Assembly: GCA_050084985.1 (NCBI GenBank)
Contig: JBITNC010000001.1
Span: forward strand, 163,990,001-164,054,000
DNA: 64,000 nt
Direction of reading: 5' to 3'
Source of the DNA: Nageia nagi
Lineage: Eukaryota > Plantae > Pinophyta
Shown: in pieces, positions 52,935-64,000 of the stretch
Layout of the letters: every line of letters starts with the position of its first letter
Numbering within the stretch: the first letter of the stretch is position 1
Notes under the pieces: generated by a model
The model's database searches: none
Told to the model about the DNA's origin: nothing
Seen by the model: the letters and a program-made list of their open reading frames with translations, nothing else
Program-made: the position numbers and the translations under genes

Positions 52935-55716
52935 TTGGAACTATAATGACATGGTCTGGTCTTCACCGAGATCAATTCCCAACATCATTCACAATACAAA
53001 CTTGATTCTTTTTACAGAGATACATTAAAGCATTGTCATGGGTCTTCCCCCTTCACTAGTTATTCTTGGATCTCTACATTTAGGTCATCTACACACTTGG
53101 GTAACTATGAGTGTGGCTTAGGAGGGGTAGCCTTCTTGATCAATGATTGCTTGCATTGTAGGATGTGGGTGGAGGAGATTGAAACGCATGCATGATATAT
53201 TTGGTTATCCATTAAGAGACCACCACCTCCTTGGAGACTCTACATAGCAAGCTGTTATTTCCCTCCAGTGACCTCACGTTATGCCATCCATGGAGATGGC
53301 GAGTCTCCATTCTTGGACCTCTCCCCTGAGATCTCTAAATATGCAATGGAGGGGGATATCACCTTGGCAAGGGATTTCAATGGTAGGACATGGAGTCTCC
53401 AGACATAGTATTTTGATGAATAGATAGATCCTTTGCACCTTAGGGCTTTAGATGGGATGTGAAGCTCCAACGAGCATTTGATGATAATATGCCTAAGTCA
53501 GCCTATGGAAGATCTCTCCTTGAGCTTGGAGAGACCCATGACCTCATCATTCTAAATGGTATTGCTTGATTTCCCCACTCTTATCATCATACATGTTTTC
53601 CTCATGCAAGGGGATCCAGTGTTGTGGACTATATCCTTGTTAACCCCCCACTTTTCCCCCTATGCCAGACCTTTCATCTAGCCCCTTATCTCCTCCTTGA
53701 CAACCATGCCCACTTGACACTTTCACTCATGAACTCTCACCCCCTCACCCCCTATCAACCCATCGTACCCTTCTCACACCTCGTACAGTCATCCACTTTG
53801 ATCGAGCTCTTACCCCTAATTATAGCTTTTCCATTAAACAAAAACTTCCCCACATGCACTCTTTCTCCTTCATTGATGATCAAGCACTTTTCCTTTTTGA
53901 GACCTTGCACTCCACTTTCATGCAGATTTTCCCTCACACCAGCCACCCTCCACCTTGCCCTCGATGTCTTGGACACTCCTTGGTAAACCAATGGTTTGAT
54001 GTGGAATGTAAATCTAGCCACTGCCAACTCAAACAGGCCATCTCCTTCCCTAACCCCCCTCATATAATCCATTCCCTACTCACTTTTACCTTTAGCTCTT
54101 GAGGACCAAGTATCGTCACTTCTTGGCCAAAAGATGATAAGAAATCATCTTGACACTCCATAATGATCCCAAATCTTTTTGATGCTCTTTCTCACCCAGA
54201 TGACATCACACTAACCACATCACCCTACAAGAGTGGAGCATTTATGCCTCTAGGCTCTACACTGATCCAAACCACATCCCTTCACCCATTATCACTTGGT
54301 CTTCCTCCTTTAACTTCTTTTCCCCTCCCCTCATCCACAAAGCCATCCGTAAGCTTAGTTTTGGGAAAGCACCTAACATTGAAAACCTTCAAGCTGAATA
54401 TCTTAAGCACATTAGTTTTGTCTTACCCCCCTTCCTCTCCCATCTCTTCAATACCATAATTTTTGTTGGCTTTCCCACCCCCTGGACCCTAAACATTATC
54501 CACCCCATTCACAAATCAGGTGACCCTTATGATCTGAGCAATTACCGCACCATTATGATTGGCCACAGTATGGCCAAGCTTTATGCCATCTTTCTTGAGG
54601 ACTACACATCTCAGTTGGCAGATACTAGAGGCTTTAGGGTAGGAGGATAGGCACGTTTTTGCAAAGATCACCACACCATCGACTACATCCTCACCCTTCG
54701 AGTGATTATTGAGGAGGCTAAGTTTTGGAAGACCCCAGTTTTCAGTTGTTTTGCAGATTTCAAGAAGGCTTTTAAAATTGTACCGCTTCATAGACTTAGG
54801 ATAAACTTAGATGATTAGGGATCCCTAAGCTAGGCCTTACAACCATCTTGACTCTATATGAGTCAATTTTAGGGAGGGTGCGTACTACAAAAGGTCTATC
54901 TAACATGATTCATAGCACCATTAGGGTGAAGCAGGGTTTCTTGCATTCTTTAACTCTCTTTGGTCTCTATATTGATGAGTTGGAATCACTTATACTCAGA
55001 CTGCAGGCACCGACACTAGATGTCTTCTCCACAACACTTGTGTTCCCATCCTCCTCTTTGCCAATGATATTGTACTACTCTCACACATAGCAGAGGGTCT
55101 TCAACATTTGATGGATGCCCTCGATTTGTTCAGCACTAGATAGGACTTGGTGGTTAATCTCAATAAAACCAATATTGTGGTCATCAACACCTTGAAGGCC
55201 ATTGTTGACCAGACTCGAATCACTTATAGAGGTAGGGTTATTGAGATGGCCACATCTTACACCTATCTAGGAGTGCTCTTCATGGGACCTCGATTCTCTA
55301 TGCGAACGATAACCCCACCTAGAGTACGATAAGGATATGCAATAGTTTCCTCCTTAAAGAGATAGTGTGTCCAGCTCCACTTCTAGGATACACCATCTAG
55401 GCTCCAGTTATTCCACACTTTGGTAACTCCCATAATATTATATGGTTCTAAGGTTTGGGCTCCTAACTTGAGGAGCTCAAATTAGGCTACAATCAAGAGG
55501 ATCTTTGTTGGCACTCTATCTCTCTCTATTTAGAGCAAGAGGTCTGTTTCGCACCACATTATGCTGGTAGAGTTTGGCTTCCAACCTTTACATATACAGT
55601 CCCTTGCATTGATGGTCCTTTTTGTTCATCATCTCCACACCTTTGCTTCTATGAGTAGAGATGATCGACTCCCCTACAAAGCCTTGGCATTGTCCATGGA
55701 CTTGGCAGCTAAGGGT
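52935..55716 (+). mobile_element. Decayed LINE (AP-endonuclease plus RT, RTE-like), 3' part cut by the copia insertion
   Basis: GGVAFLI, LYIASCYFPP, DFNGRT, SVVDYIL (endonuclease); PIHKSGD..SNYRTIMI, CFADFKKAF, RVKQG, LFGLYIDEL, LLFANDIVL, YTYLG (RT); many stops and frameshifts. Confidence 0.9.
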
Positions 55717-56713
55717 TGAAGGATTGGAACTAGATCTAAACAAATCCTCTAGGACCTTAGACTAGGAAACTCAAGTGTACACAAGATAACACATCTATAA
55801 TTCTAAGAACATCATTCACACAATATGACACCAATATAATGTGGTTCCTCCCTCCTTGGGAGTACATCCACAACTAGTTCTCTTATTCTCAAATCTATGT
55901 CTCTCTTACAACTATTCTCTAGCTCTCTCCTACACAACCAAGTAGAGTAATCTTACTCAAAACTTAGATATGTTTACATGAGGAGAGGCCCTCTATTTAT
56001 AGGTTGAGAGCACCTCCCTAACCTTCCTTTAACCCAAGGGTAAGGTTAGGGTTACATTAAATGTACCACCAAACTTCAACCTACCAACTAACTCCTTTGG
56101 TAAAGTCAAAGTCTACATATTAAAGAATTCTATTAATCTCTTAAGGTATCTACATACCCTTAAGTGATTAATTGAATTTACAAGGAGTTTAGATATTCAC
56201 AATATTTCATTACAAATTCTAACACTCCCCCTTAATGCAATATTGGGATAGAGCGTAGAAGAGAGAAGAGAGAGAGTAAGAGAGAGTTCTCCTCCATAGA
56301 GATACAAGTGGAGATGAGAACTTTTACATATTTTGAGAATCTTTTTGAGAACTAGTATGAGACTCACAACATTACCATTTGAAAAAAATGGTTTACAATA
56401 CAATCATTAACCACAACTGGTTTCACTGTACATAGTAGTCGATCAACTTTAAGCTGACATGTGAGTCTCCATGAGCTTGCTTTCACAAGGTGAGTAACCT
56501 GCATTTTCTGAAGAAGATCCTGCATGCTACAAGCAACTCATGAACAAAATCAGTTAGATGCATCATATATTCAAATAAGAGAATTAAATAATGCCATCTT
56601 ATAAATAACTGATCAATGGTGCACTATAAGCCATCACGGAGATGCCAAGCCATTACTCATAGTCACCTGTTGTATATAGACATGTGTTGATTTTAAAAAT
56701 AGAGCATAAAAAT

Positions 56714-57007
56714 TGTACAACGAGTTTCTCACGCAGAGCAAACTCACCACGGAGGTATAGAATGTACAACAAGTTCGTCACGTAGAGCGAACTTACCACG
56801 GAGGTATATTAAATTACATGCTCAAAATTTGTACAATAAGTTTCTCACGCAGAGCAAACTCACCACGGAGGTATAAAATGTACAACAAGTTTGTCACGCA
56901 GAGCAAACTTACCACTGAGGTATAAAATAATCAACACTCTATAACAACAATTGTACAACAAGTTTGTCACGCAGAGCAAACTTACCACGGAGGTCTAGAA
57001 TGTACAA
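56714..57007 (-). repeat. Five-unit (about 45-bp core) hairpin-forming repeat in the copia 3' UTR
   Basis: Units start at 56714, 56763, 56830, 56879 and 56952: tgtacaacaagtttgtcacgcagagcaaacttaccacggaggta. Confidence 0.95.
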
Positions 57008-57053
57008 TCAAAAAAGGCCTCTTAGAGGTGAAGTTGTCATCACTAACAAAAGT

Positions 57054-60000
57054 TTAAACTTCACTCCCCCTTGAGGGCAACTTCACCAACCCTAGAGAAT
57101 CCCTAAGCTTGCAGAACTGAGCTTCAGGAAGGGGCTTGGTGAACAAATCAGCGGAGTTGTTAGTAGATGGACAATACTGCAAGTGTATGATGTCATCTAG
57201 AACCTTCTCCCTGATAAAATGAGCTTGGATTTCTACATGTTTGGTTCGCTGATGGAACACAGGATTCTTAGCCAAAGAGATAGCCGATTGATTATCTGAC
57301 GAAATAAGAGATGGGCCATTTTGCTTATACCCAATTTCGTTCAGAAGATGTCTTAGCCAAATAGCTTCTTGGGCGGCAACAGACATGGCTCGATTTTCAG
57401 CTTCGATGGTAGAAAGTCACAGTAGGTTGCTTCTTGGAAGCCCAAGAGATAGCACCTGAACCAATGCTAAACACATATGCAGAGGTTGATTTTCTATCAT
57501 CTCTATCTCCCCCATAATCAGAATCTGAGAACCCTGAGAGAACAATCGAGGGCACTTGGGAATACTTAAGAGCAAGATCCTTTGTCCCTGCGACATACCT
57601 CAAGATTTGCTTAACAGCATTGAGGTGTTCAACATATGGTTTTTGCATGAATCGTGCCATCAGATTTACTGCAAAGGTAATATCAGGACGAGAGATAGTC
57701 AGATACAGAAGACTACCAATCAATTGTCTATAAGCTGTAGCATCAGCCAACTGAGAATCTGAGCTCAATGAGACAACGATTCCAGGAGAAACAGGTATTG
57801 CAGCATATTTGCACTCCTCCATTCCAAACTTTTGCAAGATGTCTGATATATACTTAGATTGACTAAGATAAGTACAATCTTTGTGTTGGTATACTTGCAT
57901 CCCAAGATAGTAATGCAATAGACCTAGATCAGTCATTTCAAATGTTGCCTTGAGTTTGGAGATGCACTCTTGGATGATTTCAATATTATTGCCTGTGATG
58001 AGAAGATCATCCACATAAAGGAGTATTATGACCACGTCTTGTCCTTGATTGAGTACATATAGATCTGAATCTGAGAAGCACTTGGAAAAACCAATATCTG
58101 CAAAGAATCCTGAAATTTTCTTGTACCATGCTCTAGGTGCTTGCTTAAGTCCATACAAAGACTTCTTTAGCTTACACACAAGAGACTCTTTTCCTTCTGG
58201 AATAAATCCTTCTGGTTGATTCATGTAGATTTCAACATCCAAGTCCCCATTGAGAAATGCACTTTTGACATTAAGTTGAAAAGCTTTCCATCCTTGAGCT
58301 GCAGAAAGAGCAAGAATTATTCTGACAGTAGGCATCTTGGCTACAGGAGCAAAGGTTTCCTCATAATCAATACCATATTTCTGAGCGAATCCTTTGGCTA
58401 CTAACCTTGCCTTGTATTTTTCAATTTTTCCATCAGAATTGTACTTGACCTTGTATATCCATTTATTGCCAATCACATTTTTCTCATTGGGATAAGGAAC
58501 CAAATCCCAAGTTTCATTTTTCATGAGAGCCTCATACTCAACTTTCATAGCTTCCATCCAACACTCTTGCTTGGAAGCTTCTTTGAAGGTTGATGGTTCA
58601 TGCATATTATCAATTTTGGCAAATAAGGATTTATTCAAGGTCATACTTCTTGTAATTCTCTGTGCTGGAGAATTTTGCTCTTGTGGTGACTTCTCTACAT
58701 GCTCATCCAACCAGTTAGGTGCAGGCGAAGAATCATCTGTATCAGACACTTCAGCATGAGAGGTCGTATCCTCAGAAAGTTCATTGAACTTAACATCCCT
58801 AGAAATAAAGACTATTTTCTGGGATGAAGAGTAGAGCCTGTAACCTCTATGCTGATTATCATATCCCACAAAGATGCATTTTTCTGATCGTTTATCGAGC
58901 TTCTTTCTTTTCTCTGAGGTAATGAAGGCAAATGCATCACAACCGAAGATTCTGAAGTGTGAGAGGTTAGGTTTCTTTCCTGTCCATGCTTCATATGGAG
59001 TTTTACCTTCAACTGCCTTAGTAGGACACCTATTTAGGGTGTGAATAGCAGTGTGAACAGCTTCGCCCCATAAGAAACTAGGAAGGTTACCCAACATGCA
59101 TCTTGCCATTTCCATAATGGTGCGATTCTTCCTTTCAGCAACTCCATTTTGTTGAGGGGTGTATGGGATTGTGAATTGTCGCTTAATCCTGTGTTTAACA
59201 CAAAAGTTGTTAAACTCATTGCTATTATATTCACCCCCATTATCAGATCTCAACATTTTGATCTTAAAATCAGTTTGATTTTCAACAAGTGCCTTGAAGT
59301 CTTGAAACCTGTCAAAAGTTTGATCCTTGTGCTCAAGTAGATAACCAAATGTCATCCTACTGAAGTCATCAATGAAGGTCAGAACATAAGAAGCTCCACC
59401 TAGTGACTTAGTCTGAAAAGGACCCATCAAATCTGAATGCACAAGCTGAAGAGGACAAGTAGCCCGAGTTGCCTTATCTTTTTCAAACTTTTGCCTATGC
59501 ATCTTTCCTAGAATGCACCTTTCACAAAGACCAACTGTGGGTGAAATATTAGGTAAACCTTCCACAAGTTCTTGAGTTTTCATAGCTTGAATACTCTTGT
59601 GGTTAAGGTGTCCTAATCGTTGATGCCAAAGATTACCTTTTGAACAAACATTTGTAGCAAGACAAATCTTTGAAGGTACTTGATCCACAATATAAAGGTC
59701 ATTCTTTACTGATCCTTTCATCAAAGTGGCAAGTCCTTTCTTAACACACCAAGAGTGTGAGGTAAACTCAAATGAGCATCCTTTCCTTGTAATTTGAATC
59801 ACGGAGATGAGATTCATCCTTAGTTTAGGCACATAAAAGACATTGTCAAGAGTCTTTCCATGAATCTTCACACTTCCTATTCCGTGAACATCAAGGACTG
59901 TATTATCACCTATCACAACTGCATCCTTTTTGTACTTATGAAAGTTTTCAAACTTATCTTTTTCATAACACATGTGATTAGTGCATCCTGTATCGACAAT

Positions 60001-60978
60001 CCAATCATTTGAAATAGTTTGAGTCATTGAGTAGTAGGCAACAGAAGCAGCATGCTTGTTCTTCTTTTTATTATTGAAATTTCTCACATTTGCATTTCCT
60101 TTTCCTTTTTGAGCAAATTTCTTTTTGCGACAATCATATTCTTTGTGCCCAAAGATACCACAGAAGTTACAATTCCCATCAAACTTTTCCTGAGGTGTTG
60201 GATTGCTGGATCCTGCTTTGTCATTTCTGTGCCTGTAGTTGCCATGATTGTTGTTGTTGTTGCCCTTTTTGTCATACTTCTTGAAGGTAGATGAGGACTT
60301 GTTGTCTTTGAATTTGTAATGTTTGAACTTTTTCTTGAAAGGAGTTTTGGTTGCTCCTAGAGCAATGCTATGGTCCTTTGGAGAAAGGTTCAACATTTTC
60401 TTGTTCAAAGTTTCCTCATGCTTTAGAAGAAGTCTTGAAAGGTTATCAAGTGAGATGACATCTTCTTCATCATCGAGCCTTGTTTCCATAACTGTGACAA
60501 AGTTGCTGAACTTTGTAGTAAGGATTTGTAGAATGATGAATACCATGAACTCATCATTGATCCAGTTGCACCCACAACCAACCAGTTATGTCCTGAGGTT
60601 AATGATTTTGTTTAAGTAGATGGAGGCACTTTCATATTCACTTTGTCGATACTGCAACAACTTTTGTAGAATGGTAAACCTCCTTGAAAATTTGGACCCA
60701 AGGTAGATTTTCTTTAACCTATCCCAAGCTTCCTTTGCTGAAGTTGATGAAGAAATCATGAGAAGGACATCATCTGAAACTGCACGGTAAATCATAGAAG
60801 TTGCTAACTCATTCTTTGAGTTGTATACTTCAAGAGCCTTCTCATCGGTAGGAGCAACCACATCTTCACTAACTGTCTGCCATAGTTTTCTTGCTTGTAA
60901 CTCGGCTTTCATACGTGGTTCCCATATTCCAAAGTTGGAACCATCGAGTATGTGCTTGGGAACGAAGGTTTCAACCAT
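57054..60978 (-). pseudogene. Near-intact copia gag-pol with one nonsense codon and one frameshift
   Basis: ATG 60978 (MVETFVPKHILDGSNFGIW); in-frame TAA 60586-60588; CCHC knuckle CNFCGIFGHKEYDC; protease WIVDTGCTNHM; integrase SDLMGP/RSDNGGEY/QQNGVAER; RT LYVDDL; frameshift near 57415; RNaseH DNQSAI..ADLFTK; stop 57054-57056. Confidence 0.96.
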
Positions 60979-63206
60979 TGCTACAAAAAACAAATAAATA
61001 TGCAAATAAGAATGCACACTTTTACAATTTTTTTTCATCTATACATATAAAACATCTAATAAGCAAACATGTCCCACATGTGTAAACTCATTAACCACGA
61101 TCCATAGAAGGATAAAGTTGGGGTTGTTTTCTTGTATAGAATTAGGCCTTCACCTGGATGCCCGCAAGGTGGAGCCCAGGTACTACCAGTCCTCAACCAG
61201 TTCACCTTGGTCAGTGATATACTCTCACAAGGAGAAGTACTTACTATTTTCCAAGGATCCGACGTATCTTGGACCGGCCATTTTAATTATCTTGATTAAG
61301 GGTTTCAGTTTTCCTCCTAGGTTATCAGGATAATCCCTGAATGGACGTGCGGACATGTGGTATCACTACACACATGCCTGTCCACCTAATAGAGTTATGT
61401 CCAATCCAACAGAGGTCTTAGGGGCAATTAAGACGGACTTACCACCACTCGGTTCTTCGGACTAAAAGGGCTCCAGTCTGCCCTGTCCTCACCTCATGGC
61501 TCCCCAAACAAGTCATGTTGTGGAAAATACGTGCGGATGTATTCATTTTAGGGGTTACTTTTCACATTTTTGCGTATTGCAAGTATAAGCAAATGTGCAA
61601 AAAAATATAAAGTAAGGTGAAAAACACTCCATCCACACGAACTTGAAACCTTAAGAGGCCAAAAATTGAGTCCAATGGGTTTTGTTCTAACCCCTAAAGG
61701 ACTTTTACATTGTTCATATTTTTCTCATTTTATTCAAGCACTTAATGAATTAAACAAAGAACTAAGTCCTACTTAGTATTTAATTCAAAAACATGCATTG
61801 TATCATGACTTAAAAATTTAAGTAAGCATGCATCATGCATTAAAAATTTAAGTCCTAAGCATGTTTTATTCTTCAAATAAGATACATGCATCATATGCAA
61901 CATCTAGATAAAATGTAAGTAAAAAAAAAAAATTATACTAAGGCCCCCCTTTTTACTTAAATTGTTATCCCTTGTAACTATGCTTAAAGATGGCATATGC
62001 ATTTAAATTAAACATGCAATGTGGAGGAGTATATTAGAAATAGTCTAAGTACTCCTAAGGGCAGTTAATGGAGCAATTGACTTGGAAGCACTAAAAAAAA
62101 AGATACCTAAGTCAAGAATTAATTAAATGCTTTGTGGTTGGAAAATATGACTCCCCCCTTTTCCTTCTCACCAATGAGAGTATACGTTGCCAATGGTGCA
62201 TTGAAAAGATGCAAGTAGTTAAACATTAAAATTAGCCTCCTTTTTGGAAAAACTTTTATCCAACTAGGTTTGACTGAAATTAATGCTTGTAGTTATTGTA
62301 ATGGAGAGGAAAAATGTTTTAAGAGGGAAGAGAAAGAAAAAAAAGAAACACCTCAAAGTGATGTGTGAAACAAAAAAAATGGAGGCAGGCGAGGGACCAA
62401 AGGCTCCTAGGGGCCAAAGTCGGCGAGGAGGCGGTAAGCGTGTGGGAAGGGGTGAACCAGCGCAGACCAGCAGGGCGGTAGAAGCGCGGGCGAAGGCGGC
62501 AGAGTGAAGGTCATAAAGGGCAAAACAAAAACGTTATGTTTTGATTTAACCAATCAACGCGTTGTGGTTGCTAGGTGTTTCCCAGATAAGAGAGATCCGA
62601 TTTCCCTCTGCAACCTGTTACACAGTGGTTTGAAGTAATATCTTTCATACAGAATGCAACATGAAATGTGGAGGACAGTGGAATGCTGGCGGCAGGGGTT
62701 GCTGAGCAACAAACAGCGGACGCTCTGCATGTCGGCTCCTCCTCCTTGCACCACCAGGCAGCGTCGGTGATGTAGTGGCATGTTGGTGTGGTGTACAGCA
62801 GGCCATGCAACGACTACAAACAAACTGGGGTCTGCATCATGCGTTGTGGCAAAGAACTCACGTGCACAGCGTCAACCATGGTCGCAGGCTGTCGTGGCTT
62901 CCCAGTCGTGGGAGGAGGAGGCGAGCGGGAGGAGCATTCGCGGAGGCGGATGGGAGGCGATCGTGCGACGGAGGTGGCTCGCGCGGGAGGATGCCCCCGC
63001 GTTTTAAAAATTGGAATTTGACCCCCCCCAAAATAATATTTATTGTCTTTTTAATTTAATGTATATTGTAAACATTGTAAAACATGAATGAAATATATTT
63101 GCCCTAACCCGCTTCTTGATAATGATTTTGTTTTATTTATATTTTAAACCAGATTAATATATAAAAAATATATATAGATTACATTGTAAACAGGTTTAAA
63201 ATAGAA

Positions 63207-63237
<31 letters not shown>

Positions 63238-64000
63238 TTTTTATTTAAAATAAAACAAAAATATATATATAGAGATTATTTTGACTATAGTTTAAATCAT
63301 TTGAATATATATATTATGGTGCTACTAATATATGATTGTGCCCTTTTTAAAAAATTTGTCCTCCTTTCTATTTCAACAATAAAATATGAAAAAAAAATTG
63401 CACCTTCCTCCTTTTTTGATATTGTTCACAAAAGACTTTGCAAAAAATCTTTTCAATAAGATGCTAGCATAATATATTTTTGCTCAAAAGAAAAAAAAAC
63501 ATTTTCTTTGTACATTAAAAATAGATTACTAACATAAAAGTTTGTTAGTAAGAAGAGAATAGCAAAAATATATTATGGTATTGCTAAGACATTGAGCTAG
63601 CATAATCATACAAAAGATTAGTATCATAATGAACTTTGTTAAAGAAGGATAGAAGGTTATACCTTTGCAAACCTTTTACCTCACAATGAAGAATGAAGAT
63701 CTCCAAAGTTGAGAAGGATGAAGCACTTCCAAGATGTAGCTTCCACACCAAAAGAGCTTCCTCAACGTGGCTCTGATACCAATTGAAGGATTGGAACTAG
63801 ATCTAAACAAATCCTCTAGGACCTTAGACTAGGAAACTCAAGTGTACACAAGATAACACATCTATAATTCTAAGAACATCATTCACACAATATGACACCA
63901 ATATAATGTGGTTCCTCCCTCCTTGGGAGTACATCCACAACTAGTTCTCTTATTCTCAAATCTATGTCTTTCTTACAACTATTCTCTAGCTCTCTCCTAC

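Larger units (their letters stand above)
55717..64000 (-). mobile_element. Young Ty1/copia LTR retrotransposon; 5' LTR runs off the window
   Basis: 3' LTR 55717-56224 (TG..CA, 508 bp); PPT 56225-56233; PBS-Met 63770-63781; 5' LTR from 63784; 1 mismatch in the 217 nt that can be compared. Confidence 0.98.

Noticed and set aside
56714-57007. CRISPR-like appearance (palindromic direct repeats with variable gaps)
   Set aside because: Gaps are only about 5-30 nt, AT-rich and partly repeated; no cas genes; the array lies inside a eukaryotic LTR retrotransposon
62283-63059. Several overlapping ORFs in the GC-rich island
   Set aside because: Open in multiple frames on both strands as expected from GC content; no recognisable motifs

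Overview
Eukaryotic (plant) nuclear DNA, AT-rich and dominated by transposable elements. Very long TE-filled introns and heavily C>T/G>A-decayed elements point to a large-genome gymnosperm/conifer (inference). There is one host gene: the last six coding exons (1961-43155, + strand) of the plant tRNA wybutosine-synthesis gene (C-terminal TYW2/TRM12 domain of the TYW3-kelch-TYW2 fusion), split by introns of about 23.5 kb, 0.6 kb, 7.7 kb, 8.5 kb and 79 bp. The introns hold a gag-protease-only Ty3 element, a full-length decayed Ty1/copia (TSD CATTC) nested in a hAT derivative, a solo LTR (TSD GCCTT), two hAT-type MITEs with 8-bp TSDs, LINE fragments and further LTR pieces. Downstream lie a second gag-protease-only Ty3 element, a hAT transposase relic, a decayed LINE and a young minus-strand Ty1/copia that runs off the window end. 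Most notable observations: (1) five hairpins with compensatory base changes in the 3' UTR of the young copia; (2) a 2.8-kb leader in the same element bracketed by splice signals ending 2 nt before the gag ATG; (3) a tandem duplication of a TYW2 splice acceptor creating a competing frame-shifting 3' splice site; (4) a 10-codon repeat array in place of RT/RNaseH/integrase in a Ty3 element. All calls were made by eye; no database searches were run.
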